A stretch of DNA of 64,000 nt, taken from positions 19,050 through 83,049 of the forward strand of contig CAVVCK010000001.1 in NCBI GenBank assembly GCA_963746775.1, written 5' to 3'. Of this stretch, positions 28,709-39,590 are shown piece by piece; within the stretch, counting starts at the first letter, position 1; every line of letters begins with the position of its first letter. The stretch comes from an uncultured bacterium. Its GTDB lineage: Bacteria; Patescibacteriota; JABMPQ01; CAVVCK01. The notes under the pieces were generated by a model. That model made no database searches and was not told where the DNA came from. It saw only the letters and a list, made by a program, of their open reading frames with translations. Both the position numbers and the translations under genes were made by a program.

Positions 28709-30481
28709 TTATAAATCACTAACTTTTTCACTTACTTCAGGATTTTCCTCCGCACCCGCCACAACTTTCCCTTGTTCCTTGGTTATACCCGTATCGCCTT
28801 CCAGAGCTGTTGTTATTGGTTTAGTCTCAAGCTGAACATTTTGTTCCGTATATACATCCTTACCAGTAAAAACAGTTTTATTTACTAGGGTCACTAAATT
28901 ACCTACTTGTTCTTCGGTAGGTGTAATACCAACTTCAAAATTTGCTTCGAGCCTTGATCCCTCACTTACTAAATTTTTATCTATCTTTCCTATGTCCCAA
29001 ACTAATTTTTTATCAATAAAAGAAAGGTTACCTACTCCAACTTCCTTGATTCCTGTCCAAGAAACATTATCAGGCAAGTATACTTCAACTTTTCCATTAA
29101 TTATTTCACTAGTTGTATTACTTACAAAAAGATATATTCTATATTTTGTAGTTTCACCTACTTTAGGAGGCATGAGACCTGACCCAATTTCTACATTATC
29201 AAAATCATAGAAACGTCCAATAGATTCTAATTTTACTAAACTCCCAATTTTAATTTCTATTTCATTACTTTCTCTCTCTAGATTTATGCCAGTTTCTGAA
29301 TTTAAGCTAATAAATTTCACTTTACTTTTTAGAACAGGGTTCTCTATCATGCCAGAATCAATATTATTTTTTATTTTTGCACTAAATTTTAATTCTCCAC
29401 TACTATCTTTTTTTAAATTTTTTAAAGAAGGAATACCTGAACTATCCCAGGTTATTTTACCATCTAAATATTTTCCACCTTCAATTTTTATACTCTCTTC
29501 ATCTAAAAATTCCTTATCAATTGTAGCTTCAACTTTTGCTTCCGGTAAATTTTCTGTTCCAGTATTTTTATATTGTATTTTATAATTCAACTCTTGCCCC
29601 TGAGCTGCAGCAATACTGTCCTGCTCATTTACTGTATACTTCAAATCAACATCTATTTTGGAAATTTTTGTACTAAAGATTTCTTCTTTTTGCTTATAAT
29701 AAATTCCTTTTTGATCAAAAACTCCAGCTTCTACATTTAAATCCTTTTTATCTTCAAGTTCTCCCTGAACTTTGTGTTCAATTTTTATTTCTTTTTCTTC
29801 TCCAGCAGCAATTTTAGTAAAATCCCAAATTTTATTGTCAGAGGTAGGCTCAGGAGAAGCTTTTACAAATTCAAAATCTTTAGGATTTTCTATTTTTATT
29901 CTTAAATTTGAAATATCAAAATTTTCTTCATTTTTAACTTTAATACTATAATCTAGCGTATCTTCTTGAGAAACAAACTTAGGAAAATTAGAAGAAATAC
30001 TTAAATTTGTCTTTAGCATTTTTACATCAATTTCTGCTTCCTTTTGATAACTACTAGCTATACCTGTTGGAGTGTAGTCAAAAATTGCTTTAATATTTTT
30101 CATATCACTTGGATTTCCATATAATTTTCCTGTAATAGAAATTTCTTTCTTCTCTCCTGGAGATATTTTTCTTATCTTCCATTTATTACCATCATTGTTT
30201 TCTGGTTTTTCACTGCTTGATTCATACATAAACCCATCAGGATAAATCATTGTAATCTCAACATCTTTTAAAGAAGTCCCCTCCTGGTTGTCATATAAAA
30301 TTCTGTATTCAACTAAACCTCCGCTTTGGATGTTTCTAGAACCAGCAATATCAAAAGAAACTCTATCGCCAGTAAAATTTGGTTTTCTGTTAAATAAAAA
30401 CCAAACAAGAAGGCTTAAAACTATTATAATTATCATAGCCAGTATGATAAATAATTTATTTTTACCGATTTTATTAGTCAT
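28709..30481 (-). CDS. Membrane-anchored extracellular protein with repeated beta-rich domains (DUF11/CARDB-like); function unknown
   Basis: N-terminal TM helix LFIILAMIIIIVLSLLVWFLF followed by about 550 aa of repetitive beta-strand-type sequence. Confidence 0.4.
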   Translation of the reverse strand: MTNKIGKNKLFIILAMIIIIVLSLLVWFLFNRKPNFTGDRVSFDIAGSRNIQSGGLVEYRILYDNQEGTSLKDVEITMIYPDGFMYESSSEKPENNDGNKWKIRKISPGEKKEISITGKLYGNPSDMKNIKAIFDYTPTGIASSYQKEAEIDVKMLKTNLSISSNFPKFVSQEDTLDYSIKVKNEENFDISNLRIKIENPKDFEFVKASPEPTSDNKIWDFTKIAAGEEKEIKIEHKVQGELEDKKDLNVEAGVFDQKGIYYKQKEEIFSTKISKIDVDLKYTVNEQDSIAAAQGQELNYKIQYKNTGTENLPEAKVEATIDKEFLDEESIKIEGGKYLDGKITWDSSGIPSLKNLKKDSSGELKFSAKIKNNIDSGMIENPVLKSKVKFISLNSETGINLERESNEIEIKIGSLVKLESIGRFYDFDNVEIGSGLMPPKVGETTKYRIYLFVSNTTSEIINGKVEVYLPDNVSWTGIKEVGVGNLSFIDKKLVWDIGKIDKNLVSEGSRLEANFEVGITPTEEQVGNLVTLVNKTVFTGKDVYTEQNVQLETKPITTALEGDTGITKEQGKVVAGAEENPEVSEKVSDL

Positions 30482-30524
30482 TTAATTTATTAACATCATC
30501 ATTAATTCATCCATTTACATAAAG

Positions 30525-31172
30525 TTATATATTTCTAATTTTTCCTAAATTACCTCTTATTTTTTTCTTTTTTAATTTAATATTTGAAAAAATAAACAAA
30601 AAGATAAATACAGATACTAGAATCACTACAAAGACTAGTGAACTATATTTATTTTTTTCATTATTTCCCATCTTATATTCTCCTAAAATAGCTGCCATCA
30701 AAGCCTTATTTCCTTTTTCTAATCCTTCCAAGTACATACTCTCCTGAAAGCTAGGACTTATTTCATTTTCAATGATGTTTTGATTAATTTCAGAAGTAAC
30801 TGTACTTAATAGCCCATACCCGACTTTAATATATATTTTCTTATCTTGCAAGCAAACAACGATTAATACTCCATCATCCTTGTCTCTGCCTACTCTCCAT
30901 TTATCATAAAGTTTGTCTGCATATCTATCAATACTGGCATCTTCCAAAGTATTTAAGACGGTGATATTTATTCTACTAGAAGTATTTTTTTCAAATTTCT
31001 CAATTTCTGCTTCTAGGGAAGAAGTATCACCTAAAACATTTGTAAAATCATTAACATATTCTTGTTTTTTTTCAGGATATAAAACTTGTGCACTGGAGAC
31101 AAGCGGAAACAAAATTAATATAGAAATTATAAATATTATCTTTTTCATATAGAAAAATAGATTATATACCAA
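30525..31172 (-). CDS. TPM-domain (YgcG/Repair_PSII-like) membrane protein
   Basis: Signal peptide. TPM motifs VNDFTNVL...INITVL...DDGVLIVVCLQDKKIYIKVGYGL. C-terminal TM helix. Confidence 0.6.
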   Translation of the reverse strand: MVYNLFFYMKKIIFIISILILFPLVSSAQVLYPEKKQEYVNDFTNVLGDTSSLEAEIEKFEKNTSSRINITVLNTLEDASIDRYADKLYDKWRVGRDKDDGVLIVVCLQDKKIYIKVGYGLLSTVTSEINQNIIENEISPSFQESMYLEGLEKGNKALMAAILGEYKMGNNEKNKYSSLVFVVILVSVFIFLFIFSNIKLKKKKIRGNLGKIRNI

Positions 31173-31947
31173 ATTGCTTTTCTAAAGAATTAATCTTTTC
31201 TAAAAATTCAGAAGACTTTATTTTTTTATTCATTAAATATAATATGTAGCGATCAATCAATTCTTTTATAATAAATCCTTGTTTGTTTTCTATCTTAAGA
31301 CTAATTAAAACCTCCGTGTTGCCTCTATATATTTTATCAATCAAGCTCACAATAACCTCGTCTACCTGATAAGAATATGCTCTGCTGTCATTATCACAAT
31401 TAGAACAAATAAAACCTCCTGAAGTAAAATCAAAATAATTACTATCTTTAATTATATTTTTTCCACATTTCACACAACTCCCTACCTCTGGCAAAAATCC
31501 CAACAAGCTTAGGAGCTTTAATTCAAAAGACCAAAATAAAACTCTAATTTGTATCAAATTTTCAATATCAGGTACATTCAAAGTTATAAAAAAATAGTAC
31601 AATAATCTATAAATTCTGGTATCTTTATAATCTTCTAATAAAAAATTATCCAAAAGCTCACTGGCATAAAAAGCTATACCTGTTTTTGTAAGATTACTTT
31701 TTATGTTTTTAAAACTATCTAACGCATTAGCATAAACTAGAGTGGGCATGCTCTTACCTTTTGCTAAAACCAGATTTGAATTTGTGAATAAATCTAAATG
31801 ACCTCCTAATTTTGAATTTATCTTACCCGTACTTCTACCATAAGCCTGTATTTTTCCTAAATTATCAGTAATAATAGTAAAAATCTTGTCAGCTTCTCTT
31901 ACTTTTTTATTTTTTATAATAATACCCCTTGCTCTAAATGTAGGCAC
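31162..31947 (-). CDS. recO: DNA repair protein RecO
   Basis: N-terminal OB-fold region. C-terminal Cys4 motif CVKCGKN...CSNCD. Low-identity call. Confidence 0.6.
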   Translation of the reverse strand: MPTFRARGIIIKNKKVREADKIFTIITDNLGKIQAYGRSTGKINSKLGGHLDLFTNSNLVLAKGKSMPTLVYANALDSFKNIKSNLTKTGIAFYASELLDNFLLEDYKDTRIYRLLYYFFITLNVPDIENLIQIRVLFWSFELKLLSLLGFLPEVGSCVKCGKNIIKDSNYFDFTSGGFICSNCDNDSRAYSYQVDEVIVSLIDKIYRGNTEVLISLKIENKQGFIIKELIDRYILYLMNKKIKSSEFLEKINSLEKQFGI

Positions 31948-31949
31948 GT

Positions 31950-34900
31950 TTATTTTTTTACTCCTAATTTTATTTTCATCTTGTTAATCTCAAATTCTTT
32001 TTCCAAATCCATCTTTCCATTTTCCACTATCTCCTCAGCCAAGACTTCTTTTTTAATAATTGTGCTTATTTCTTCCAGATCTATACCACTAATTTTTATT
32101 TTAATCCTATCTTCAACATTATAACCTGCTTCTTTCCGCATTTCTTGAATATGTCTAATAATATCACGAGCAACACCTTCTTTTTCTAGCTCAGGTGTTA
32201 TATTAGTATCCAAAATAACTACTAATTCCCCGTCAACTTGAATCTCAATATTTTTATGCCCTTCCTTCGACTCATAATTCATTTCCCATTCATCAGATAG
32301 CAATGTATATTTATTTAAAATTAAATTATCACCTGTCACTTTATATTTACCTTGACCAAATAATTTCTGAATTTCTTTCAAATCAGCACCATATTTTTTC
32401 CCTAATATTGGAAAATTCAATTTAACCTTAGTTTCAACATATTTTTCCATCATTGACTTACTTTCAAATTCATCAAATAACTGAACATTTTTCACATTAA
32501 GTTCATTAACCAATAATTTAACCAAATCCTCGCCTAATTTAGTACCACCTATTATTTTTATATCATTTAACGGTTGTCTGGCTTTAATATGAGCTTTATC
32601 ACGAGCAGCATGACCTAGCGTCACAACCCGCAAAACTATATCCATTTCTGTATTTAATTTCTTATCAATTAATTCATTATCAACTTTAGGCCAATCTTCT
32701 AAATGGACTGATTCATTCCCTGTTAAATTTCTATAAATATCTTCAGTTAGAAATGGAAGCATGGGCGATAATATCTTTGATAACTCTATTAAACAAGTAT
32801 GAAGTGTCTGATAAGCTTCTGATTTATCCTTATCATTTTCAGACTTCCAAAATCTTCTACGTGATTGCCTTACATACCAATTAGATAAATTATCAATAAA
32901 TTTCTCCACTTTCTCCATTACCTTGTAGACTCTAAATTCATCTAAATTTTCTTCAGCATTTTTAATTAATTCATGAAGGCTCGAAATAATCCACTTATCT
33001 AATAAATTATTTGATTCTAAATTCTTGATTCCCCCTACGGGGCTCGTAAAGCTAGATTCTTGATTCTCCCATTTATCAATATTAGCATACATAATAAAGA
33101 AAGAATAAGTATTCCATAATGTTATAATCCTCTTTTTAACCTCATCAGCAACTTTATAGCCAAACCTCAAATTAAATTCGGGGTTTTGTGAACAATATAA
33201 AAAGCGCATAATATCTACTCCCATTTTATCGGCCGCCTCATCAAACCAAATAGCATTACCTTTTGATTTATGCATTTCTTCGCCCTTATCATCACGAACC
33301 AAAGAATGACCTAGTAATGTCTTAAAGGGATTGGTATTTTCTAAAACAGTACTCATCGCTATTAACGAATAAAACCAATTTTTAAACTGGCCAGGAAAAC
33401 ACTCCGTAATAAAATCTGCCGGAAACCATTTTTCCCAATATTCATGGTCTTCAAAATATTTCATAGTTGAAAAAGGCACAATACCAGCATCAAGCCAGGG
33501 ATTACCAACATCAGGAATACGTGATATTTTTTTACCGCATTTTGAACATTTAATTTTTACTTTATCAATAAAGGGCTTATGAGGAGAATTTCCTTCAAAT
33601 TCTTCCCATCCCTCTACTGCCTTCTCTTTTAATTCTTTTTTTGATCCAATTACTTCGAAATGTCCGCAAGAACATTCGTAAATAGGTAGAGCCAATCCCC
33701 AATAACGTTTTTTTGATATCATCCAATCATCCATATTTTTCAACCAATCCAACTCTCTATCCAGACCAAAAGATGGAATCCATTTTATCTTTTTAGCTAC
33801 TTCCATCATTTTTGGACGTAATTTATCCATTGATATATACCATTCATTTACTACCCGCCAAACTAACTCCTCCTTACAGCGCCAACAAGTAGGATATCTG
33901 TGGGTATAATTTTGAATTTTAAATAAATATTTACCATTCTCTTTATTCTTCAAATATTCAAATATAATTTTAGGATTTTGCTTAGCATTCTTCCCACTAA
34001 ATTCATTCATCCCATCTAAATAGATGGCTTCATCATTAATAACTGCTATAACTGGCAAATTCTTATCCTTACTTAATTTAAAATCTTCAGCTCCAGCACC
34101 TGGAGCTATATGTACAATACCAGTACCCTCCTCAGCAGTTACTAATTCTTCTGCTTCAATCACAGTATGAAATGTCTGATTATTTTCATCTCTGGCTTCT
34201 TTTACTCTATCTAAATAATCAAAGGGTCCCTCATATTTTAAACCCACCAAATCCCTACCCTTAAACTCTTTTTCTAACTCGTATTCATCTTTTAATACCT
34301 TCTCGGCTAAATCCTTCAACATAATTAAACTTTCTTGGCCATTATTATATAATCCATATTTAAAATCAGGATGAATGGCAACTGCAACATTAGCAGGAAT
34401 TGTCCAAGGTGTAGTAGTCCAAACTAAGAATTTTGTATTTTCAAATTTACTATCTAAAATTGGCAATTTAAAAAATACAGAATCATGCGTTATTTGTTTG
34501 TATTCTTCAGTTAAAATTTCATGCTGTGAAATAGCAGTAGCACATCTCGGACACCAAGGTACACTATCTTTGCCTTTGTATAAATATCCTTTTTCCTTAC
34601 ACTTTTTCAGAAAATGCCAAATAGTATAATTATTAACATCAGACATAGTATAATAGGAATTCTCCCAATCCATCCATTGACCCAATCTTATTGATTGCTC
34701 AGTTTGAATATCTGAATATTTTTTAACCCTATCCTTACATTTTTGTACAAATTCGGCTACCCCATATTCTTCAATATCTTTCTTAGTTTTAAATCCTAAT
34801 TCTTTTTCAACTTCTACTTCCACCCAAAGACCCTGACAATCAAAACCATTTTGATACCTCAAATCATAACCTTGCATAGCTTTATATCTCTGAAAAGTAT

Positions 34901-35096
34901 CTTTGAGAGTTCTTCCCCAAGCATGGTGGACTCCCATAGGATTATTCGCAGTTATTGGACCATCCAAAAAAGACCAAGGCTTATTGCCCTTATTTTTCTC
35001 TTGAAGTTTCTGGAAAGTATTATTACTTTTCCAATAATCTAGAACTTCGTGCTCTAATTTTACAAAATCTTGCTTAGGATTAACGGATTTAAACAT
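31950..35096 (-). CDS. ileS: Isoleucyl-tRNA synthetase
   Basis: A class I HIGH-like region (PMGVHHAWG) and KMSKSKGN. Also has a CP1 editing domain and a C-terminal zinc-binding region. 1048 aa. Confidence 0.9.
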   Translation of the reverse strand: MFKSVNPKQDFVKLEHEVLDYWKSNNTFQKLQEKNKGNKPWSFLDGPITANNPMGVHHAWGRTLKDTFQRYKAMQGYDLRYQNGFDCQGLWVEVEVEKELGFKTKKDIEEYGVAEFVQKCKDRVKKYSDIQTEQSIRLGQWMDWENSYYTMSDVNNYTIWHFLKKCKEKGYLYKGKDSVPWCPRCATAISQHEILTEEYKQITHDSVFFKLPILDSKFENTKFLVWTTTPWTIPANVAVAIHPDFKYGLYNNGQESLIMLKDLAEKVLKDEYELEKEFKGRDLVGLKYEGPFDYLDRVKEARDENNQTFHTVIEAEELVTAEEGTGIVHIAPGAGAEDFKLSKDKNLPVIAVINDEAIYLDGMNEFSGKNAKQNPKIIFEYLKNKENGKYLFKIQNYTHRYPTCWRCKEELVWRVVNEWYISMDKLRPKMMEVAKKIKWIPSFGLDRELDWLKNMDDWMISKKRYWGLALPIYECSCGHFEVIGSKKELKEKAVEGWEEFEGNSPHKPFIDKVKIKCSKCGKKISRIPDVGNPWLDAGIVPFSTMKYFEDHEYWEKWFPADFITECFPGQFKNWFYSLIAMSTVLENTNPFKTLLGHSLVRDDKGEEMHKSKGNAIWFDEAADKMGVDIMRFLYCSQNPEFNLRFGYKVADEVKKRIITLWNTYSFFIMYANIDKWENQESSFTSPVGGIKNLESNNLLDKWIISSLHELIKNAEENLDEFRVYKVMEKVEKFIDNLSNWYVRQSRRRFWKSENDKDKSEAYQTLHTCLIELSKILSPMLPFLTEDIYRNLTGNESVHLEDWPKVDNELIDKKLNTEMDIVLRVVTLGHAARDKAHIKARQPLNDIKIIGGTKLGEDLVKLLVNELNVKNVQLFDEFESKSMMEKYVETKVKLNFPILGKKYGADLKEIQKLFGQGKYKVTGDNLILNKYTLLSDEWEMNYESKEGHKNIEIQVDGELVVILDTNITPELEKEGVARDIIRHIQEMRKEAGYNVEDRIKIKISGIDLEEISTIIKKEVLAEEIVENGKMDLEKEFEINKMKIKLGVKK

Positions 35097-35345
35097 AATA
35101 TTATTAAATGACTAATAACTAAATTAAAACAAGTACTTAATTAATTATTTTATTATTGAATTTCTAATATCTAATATCCAATACCTAATAAAATTTTTAA
35201 TGCTAAAATTTAAATAACAAACAATCTCTAATTATTTATTTGTCATTTTAGTTTTTTATTAGAAATTGGTAATTAAAAATTATGAATTACAAACCATAAT
35301 CAGTACAAAAACTGAATTTAAATATTTAGATCAAATTTACTCAAG

Positions 35346-36722
35346 CTAAACTATACATACCATAACTATATCTCCCACATTTATTCCAGTATACCCAGTC
35401 TTAATAAGTTCATCAAGTCCTTTAAAAAATTTATAGGAATCATTATTGGCTAAAAATTTATCTATATTAATTTTTTCACTTGAAATTCTATTTAATGTCA
35501 CTATATCAGCTATCGCTCCTGCCACAGGCTCAGGAGTTTGCCCATCTACACCATCTGTAGCAAAAGACACTAATGTTATATCTTCTTTTAAATTTTTTAC
35601 TCCCGCCATAACTAATTCTTGATTTCTGCCACCACAGCCATTTCCTTTTAAATTAAGAGTTGTTTCCCCTCCAGCAATTAAAATAGCTGGCTTTTTAGCC
35701 GGTTTATTATTTTTTTTCACTTTAATAGCCAGAGATATTAAATCTTTGGCAACTCTATGCACTTCTCCCTGAAGAAAACTACTTACTATATAACAATTAT
35801 AACCTAATTTGCTTATTTTATGGCAAGCTATAGCTAAAGCCTTCTTGTTACCGCTAATAATATAGTTGAACACTTTATTTGTTCTAAATATTTTATTACT
35901 ACTTTTAGGAGTTTCTAGGGTTTTATCGTTTAAACCAAAATTAAGATGTTCTTCAATAGATTTTGGAATTTTAGACCAAATTTTATACTTTTTTAAAATA
36001 TTTACTGCTTCCTTAAAAGTAGAATCATCCGCTGCTGTTGGCCCCGAAGCAATAGTATCTAACCTATCACCTACCACATCAGAGACATATAGAGAAACAA
36101 TTGTTGCTGGATATGCAATTTCTGCCATTCTACCACCTTTAATTTGGGAAATATGTTTTCTAACTATATTTATTTCTGTTATCGGAGCTCTAGATTTTAC
36201 TAATAGACTAGAAATTAATTTTAAATCTTCTAAATTTATCTCCTCGACCGGTAGTGGCATCAAGGCAGAACCTCCGCCTGATATTAAATTTATTATTAAA
36301 TCCTCTTTGTCAGCTTTTCTTAAAATTTCTGCTATTTTTCTAGACCCTTTAATACCTGCCTTATCTGGTATAGGATGAGAAGCAATATTTATATTTATAT
36401 ATTTTAATTTTTTACCTAGAATTTCTGGAACATTAATTAATCCATCTTTTATCCTCCTAGTTAAAATTTTCTCTAAAGATAAAGCCATATAATAGGTTGC
36501 CTTACCAGCGCCTACTACATATATATTTTTATACTTCTTTAAATTAAATTTTTTTCCTTCAATTTTTAAATTACTGTCCTGTAAAATAACACTATTTTTT
36601 ATTATTTTTTCAGGATTAATTTCCTTAATTACTTTTTCTAAAATATCCAATAAATCACCTCTAACTTTTCTCTGTTCGGGTGTTTTTCCGTTTGCAATTA
36701 ATTGTTTTTTATTTTTGATCAT
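35346..36722 (-). CDS. Glycerate 2-kinase (MOFRL family, GckA/TtuD-like)
   Basis: DUF4147-like N-terminus. Glycine-rich LISGGGSALMPLP. MOFRL-like C-terminal domain. Confidence 0.65.
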   Translation of the reverse strand: MIKNKKQLIANGKTPEQRKVRGDLLDILEKVIKEINPEKIIKNSVILQDSNLKIEGKKFNLKKYKNIYVVGAGKATYYMALSLEKILTRRIKDGLINVPEILGKKLKYININIASHPIPDKAGIKGSRKIAEILRKADKEDLIINLISGGGSALMPLPVEEINLEDLKLISSLLVKSRAPITEINIVRKHISQIKGGRMAEIAYPATIVSLYVSDVVGDRLDTIASGPTAADDSTFKEAVNILKKYKIWSKIPKSIEEHLNFGLNDKTLETPKSSNKIFRTNKVFNYIISGNKKALAIACHKISKLGYNCYIVSSFLQGEVHRVAKDLISLAIKVKKNNKPAKKPAILIAGGETTLNLKGNGCGGRNQELVMAGVKNLKEDITLVSFATDGVDGQTPEPVAGAIADIVTLNRISSEKINIDKFLANNDSYKFFKGLDELIKTGYTGINVGDIVMVCIV

Positions 36723-36809
36723 TTATTTAGATAGACATTAGCAAATTAGACATTGGTCATCAGCTCACATTTTAATAATATTTGCTAATTACTAATGTCT
36801 AATGTCAAA

Positions 36810-37952
36810 TTAACTCATTATTTTATTATAAACTTCTAAGGTTTCTACCGCGCATTTCTCCCAAGAAAACTTTTTAACACGGACGTATCCTTTTTGCATT
36901 AAACTTCTTCTTAAATTTTCATCGCCTAGCATTTTTTTTATAGCTTGCATTATAGAAGAAGATTTGTAGGGATCAACTAATAAAGCTGCTTCCCCTGCTA
37001 TTTCTTTAGTGGATGTTATATTTGAAGTAATCACTGGCGTTCCTTGCTGCATAGCCTCCAGTATTGATAAACCAAAGCCCTCGTAAAAGGAAGGAAAACA
37101 AAAACAAGAAGCAGCGTTAAGTAATCTAATTTTATCTTCCTTAGTTATATAATTAGTAAAAATAACTTTTTTGGTTAGTCCTTTTTCTCTTACTTTTTCA
37201 AATATACTCTCATAATTCCATCCTTTTTTGCCAGCAATAACTAATTGATAATTTTCAAATACTTTAGTACCTCTCAATCTATCAAAAGCCGATATTAAAC
37301 CTCCTATATTCTTCCTAGGCTGAAGAGTTCCAATAAATAAAATAAAGTCTTGTTTTATATCAAATTTTTGCTTAATTTTCTCTTTGTCTTCTGGATTTTT
37401 ATTACCAACGTCTTCTCTCTCTTCTATACCGTTCAAAACTACTGCAATTTTTTCTGCTGAAATTTTTAGAATATTTATCAAATCAGCTTTAGTATATTCA
37501 GAGACGGCAATTATTTTTTTAGCTTTCTTTAAACTCTGAGGCACAGATATTTTAGTGCTAAAATATTGCTTAGGAAACCATTTGGGATTCTTATAAATAG
37601 CTAGATCATGAATAGTTATAACTGCATTTTTACTATAGGCTAGCGGAATAGTTGAGGCTGGAGAATGGAAAACATCTAAATTTTCTCGTGAAACAAAAGA
37701 AGATATTAATAAATGAGAATAAGCAATTGGTAAAAACTTCTTATATTCTTTGTAAGGGAAAAATTTAATCTCACTATTTTTTTGTTTAAAACTACCCGCA
37801 TCACCTACACCTTTGTCAAAAAATAAAATATATTTATTTTTTTTATCCAATTCCAAAAGGTTCTTAACCAAATGATAAGTATAATGACCAACACCAGCTG
37901 CCTCTCCTGCTTTAGGATCTAAGATTGTACGACAGTCGATACCGATTTTCAT
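36810..37952 (-). CDS. GT4-family glycosyltransferase
   Basis: C-terminal GT-B motif EGFGLSILEAMQQGTPVITSN (E-x7-E). Confidence 0.75.
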   Translation of the reverse strand: MKIGIDCRTILDPKAGEAAGVGHYTYHLVKNLLELDKKNKYILFFDKGVGDAGSFKQKNSEIKFFPYKEYKKFLPIAYSHLLISSFVSRENLDVFHSPASTIPLAYSKNAVITIHDLAIYKNPKWFPKQYFSTKISVPQSLKKAKKIIAVSEYTKADLINILKISAEKIAVVLNGIEEREDVGNKNPEDKEKIKQKFDIKQDFILFIGTLQPRKNIGGLISAFDRLRGTKVFENYQLVIAGKKGWNYESIFEKVREKGLTKKVIFTNYITKEDKIRLLNAASCFCFPSFYEGFGLSILEAMQQGTPVITSNITSTKEIAGEAALLVDPYKSSSIMQAIKKMLGDENLRRSLMQKGYVRVKKFSWEKCAVETLEVYNKIMS

Positions 37953-38062
37953 ATCTTTAATATTAGTAATTGGATTTGTAGGGGCTCAAAATTTTAAGCC
38001 CCTACAGAAAATTTTGAGCCTCTACAAATAAATTTTTACCAACATATAATAACTACCAGCCT

Positions 38063-38740
38063 TTAAATAACATAATAGCTCTCCTCAAACTCCTTATCTT
38101 TATTTCCTACAAACTGTACTCTAAACCCTAAACTCTGTTTTTTAATTTCTTTCTTTATTTTATTAAAATCCTCATCCGAAATTTTCAACTCTTCTGCAAA
38201 TCTTTTCGCTTTCCCTTCAGCCTTAAATTGAAACAAACGCCACTTATATATATCTTCTGGCAGAACATTACTTATACTGCTTATAAAATACTTATTTTTA
38301 GAGGTTACTACCGTTGAGATTATAACTCGAATGGGACTTTTTTTCAATAAATAAAGTAAATTCATAATTTTTTTAAAATGTCCAGGCAAGCGCATCTTAC
38401 TATTAGTTTTTTCATCATACCCATCAAGCGGTAAATTAATTTGATCAACTATTTTTTCTAATATTTTTATTTTATCCCAATTTAGGAGTAAACCGTTAGT
38501 GTGTAAAATTACAAACATGCCCTTGTCTTTGGCATATTTTAATAATTTAAAGACAAAAGAACAAAGTAGTGGTTCCCCTCCAGTAAAAACAATCTTTTTA
38601 ATACCCCCTGAAACTGCTTCGTCAATTATTTTAATACCTTGTTTTTCTGTAATTCCACTATCACCTTTCTTCGGTCCAAAACAAAACTGACAATCCATAT
38701 TGCATTTGGGAGTTATATTGAGGACTAGTATTTTATTCAT
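38063..38740 (-). CDS. Small radical SAM enzyme (4Fe-4S/AdoMet)
   Basis: CNMDCQFC, a Cx3Cx2C motif, near the N-terminus. Glycine-rich GGEPLL. 225 aa with no SPASM domain. Confidence 0.6.
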   Translation of the reverse strand: MNKILVLNITPKCNMDCQFCFGPKKGDSGITEKQGIKIIDEAVSGGIKKIVFTGGEPLLCSFVFKLLKYAKDKGMFVILHTNGLLLNWDKIKILEKIVDQINLPLDGYDEKTNSKMRLPGHFKKIMNLLYLLKKSPIRVIISTVVTSKNKYFISSISNVLPEDIYKWRLFQFKAEGKAKRFAEELKISDEDFNKIKKEIKKQSLGFRVQFVGNKDKEFEESYYVI

Positions 38741-38755
38741 AAAATATCTAAAAAT

Positions 38756-38780
38756 GATTTATTTACCTGGCTTTAGTCAG
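38756..38780. repeat. REP-A element copy (GATTTATTTACCTGGCTTTAGTCAG; palindromic core ctgRctttagYcag)
   Basis: Matches the copies at 39386-39489, 40868-40926 and 48143-48165, the last in opposite orientation. Confidence 0.65.
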
Positions 38781-39307
38781 CTCTTACCAGTTTTAAACTT
38801 AGAGCTATCTTCTAAATCTAATTTTATAACATTTTTAACTATTTCCACAGTAAATTCAAGTCCATGTTCTCTAACAGCTTGTGAAAAACTAGAATATGGC
38901 GATTTATTTAATTCGCTAAAATCCTGCACTTCTTTATATTTTAGCAAATTACCAATAATATATCCCCAAACATTATAGAACATTCTTTCTTCTAAAATAA
39001 TTTTTGTCCAATAATTATCCCATATCCTACGATTTATGCCATCTATTTTGTTTAACACAAATGAACTTCCACCGTTTATTACCCTGATAATATCTTTTAA
39101 CCTATTTTTATCTTCTAAATAAAATAATAAGTGATAATGATCATAAGCTATACTATAAGCATAGATAGAAATCTTAAATTTATTTTTTATATTATTTAAC
39201 TGCTTTAAAATAATATTTTTCTTTTTATTAGTATTAAAATATTTCTCATGATTAAAAGTTGGTGTGGTTAAAAAATAGTAAGAATTATTTAGAATAACTC
39301 GTGGCAT
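38777..39307 (-). mobile_element. IS200/IS605-like Y1 (HuH) transposase, REP-associated tyrosine transposase type (RAYT-1)
   Basis: HuH motif DHYHLLFYL. Downstream region with Tyr-containing WDNYWTKII. 176 aa. Flanked on both sides by REP-A palindromes. Confidence 0.6.
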
Positions 39308-39320
39308 ACAATTTTAATAT

Positions 39321-39489
39321 CCGGCTAAAGCCGGGGAAATTACTTTTTTAAAAATTCATTAAAGCGATTTGTTTTATATAAAAATGATTTATTCACCTGA
39401 CTTTAGTCAGCCTATTCTTAAAAGTGATTTATTTACCTAACTTTAGTCAGCCTATTCTTAAAAGTGATTTATTTACCTGACTTTAGTCA
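39321..39489. repeat. REP-A cluster: hairpin ccggctaaagccgg plus 3 tandem ~39-bp units
   Basis: Units at 39386-39410, 39425-39449 and 39465-39489 (gatttattYacctRactttagtcag), each followed by the identical cctattcttaaaagt. Confidence 0.7.
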
Positions 39490-39590
39490 GTTATTTTATT
39501 ATACCAAATAACCATATACCTACACAAAATCTATTTTTCTGTTAAAATATTAGCATAATTAGTATTAATTAGTATATTAGCATCGACCCA

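Noticed and set aside
35097-35345. T-box leader upstream of ileS
   Set aside because: No T-box consensus (AATTAGGGTGGNACCGCG) or specifier/antiterminator architecture is visible on the minus strand. The region is just AT-rich, with short tctaatat direct repeats.
1282-38690. Short ORFs nested antisense inside long housekeeping genes (e.g. 1282-1467, 2420-2680, 4805-4993, 6721-7140, 15062-15403, 17932-18126, 19348-19644, 35866-36378, 38499-38690)
   Set aside because: They lie entirely within, and opposite to, well-supported conserved genes and have no RBS or homology. They are typical spurious ORFs in AT-rich DNA.
39386-39489. Possible CRISPR array (three ~25-bp repeats with ~15-bp 'spacers')
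   Set aside because: The 'spacers' are identical (cctattcttaaaagt) and the repeat is itself a palindrome of the REP-A family found elsewhere. There are no cas genes. It is a tandem REP array, not CRISPR.
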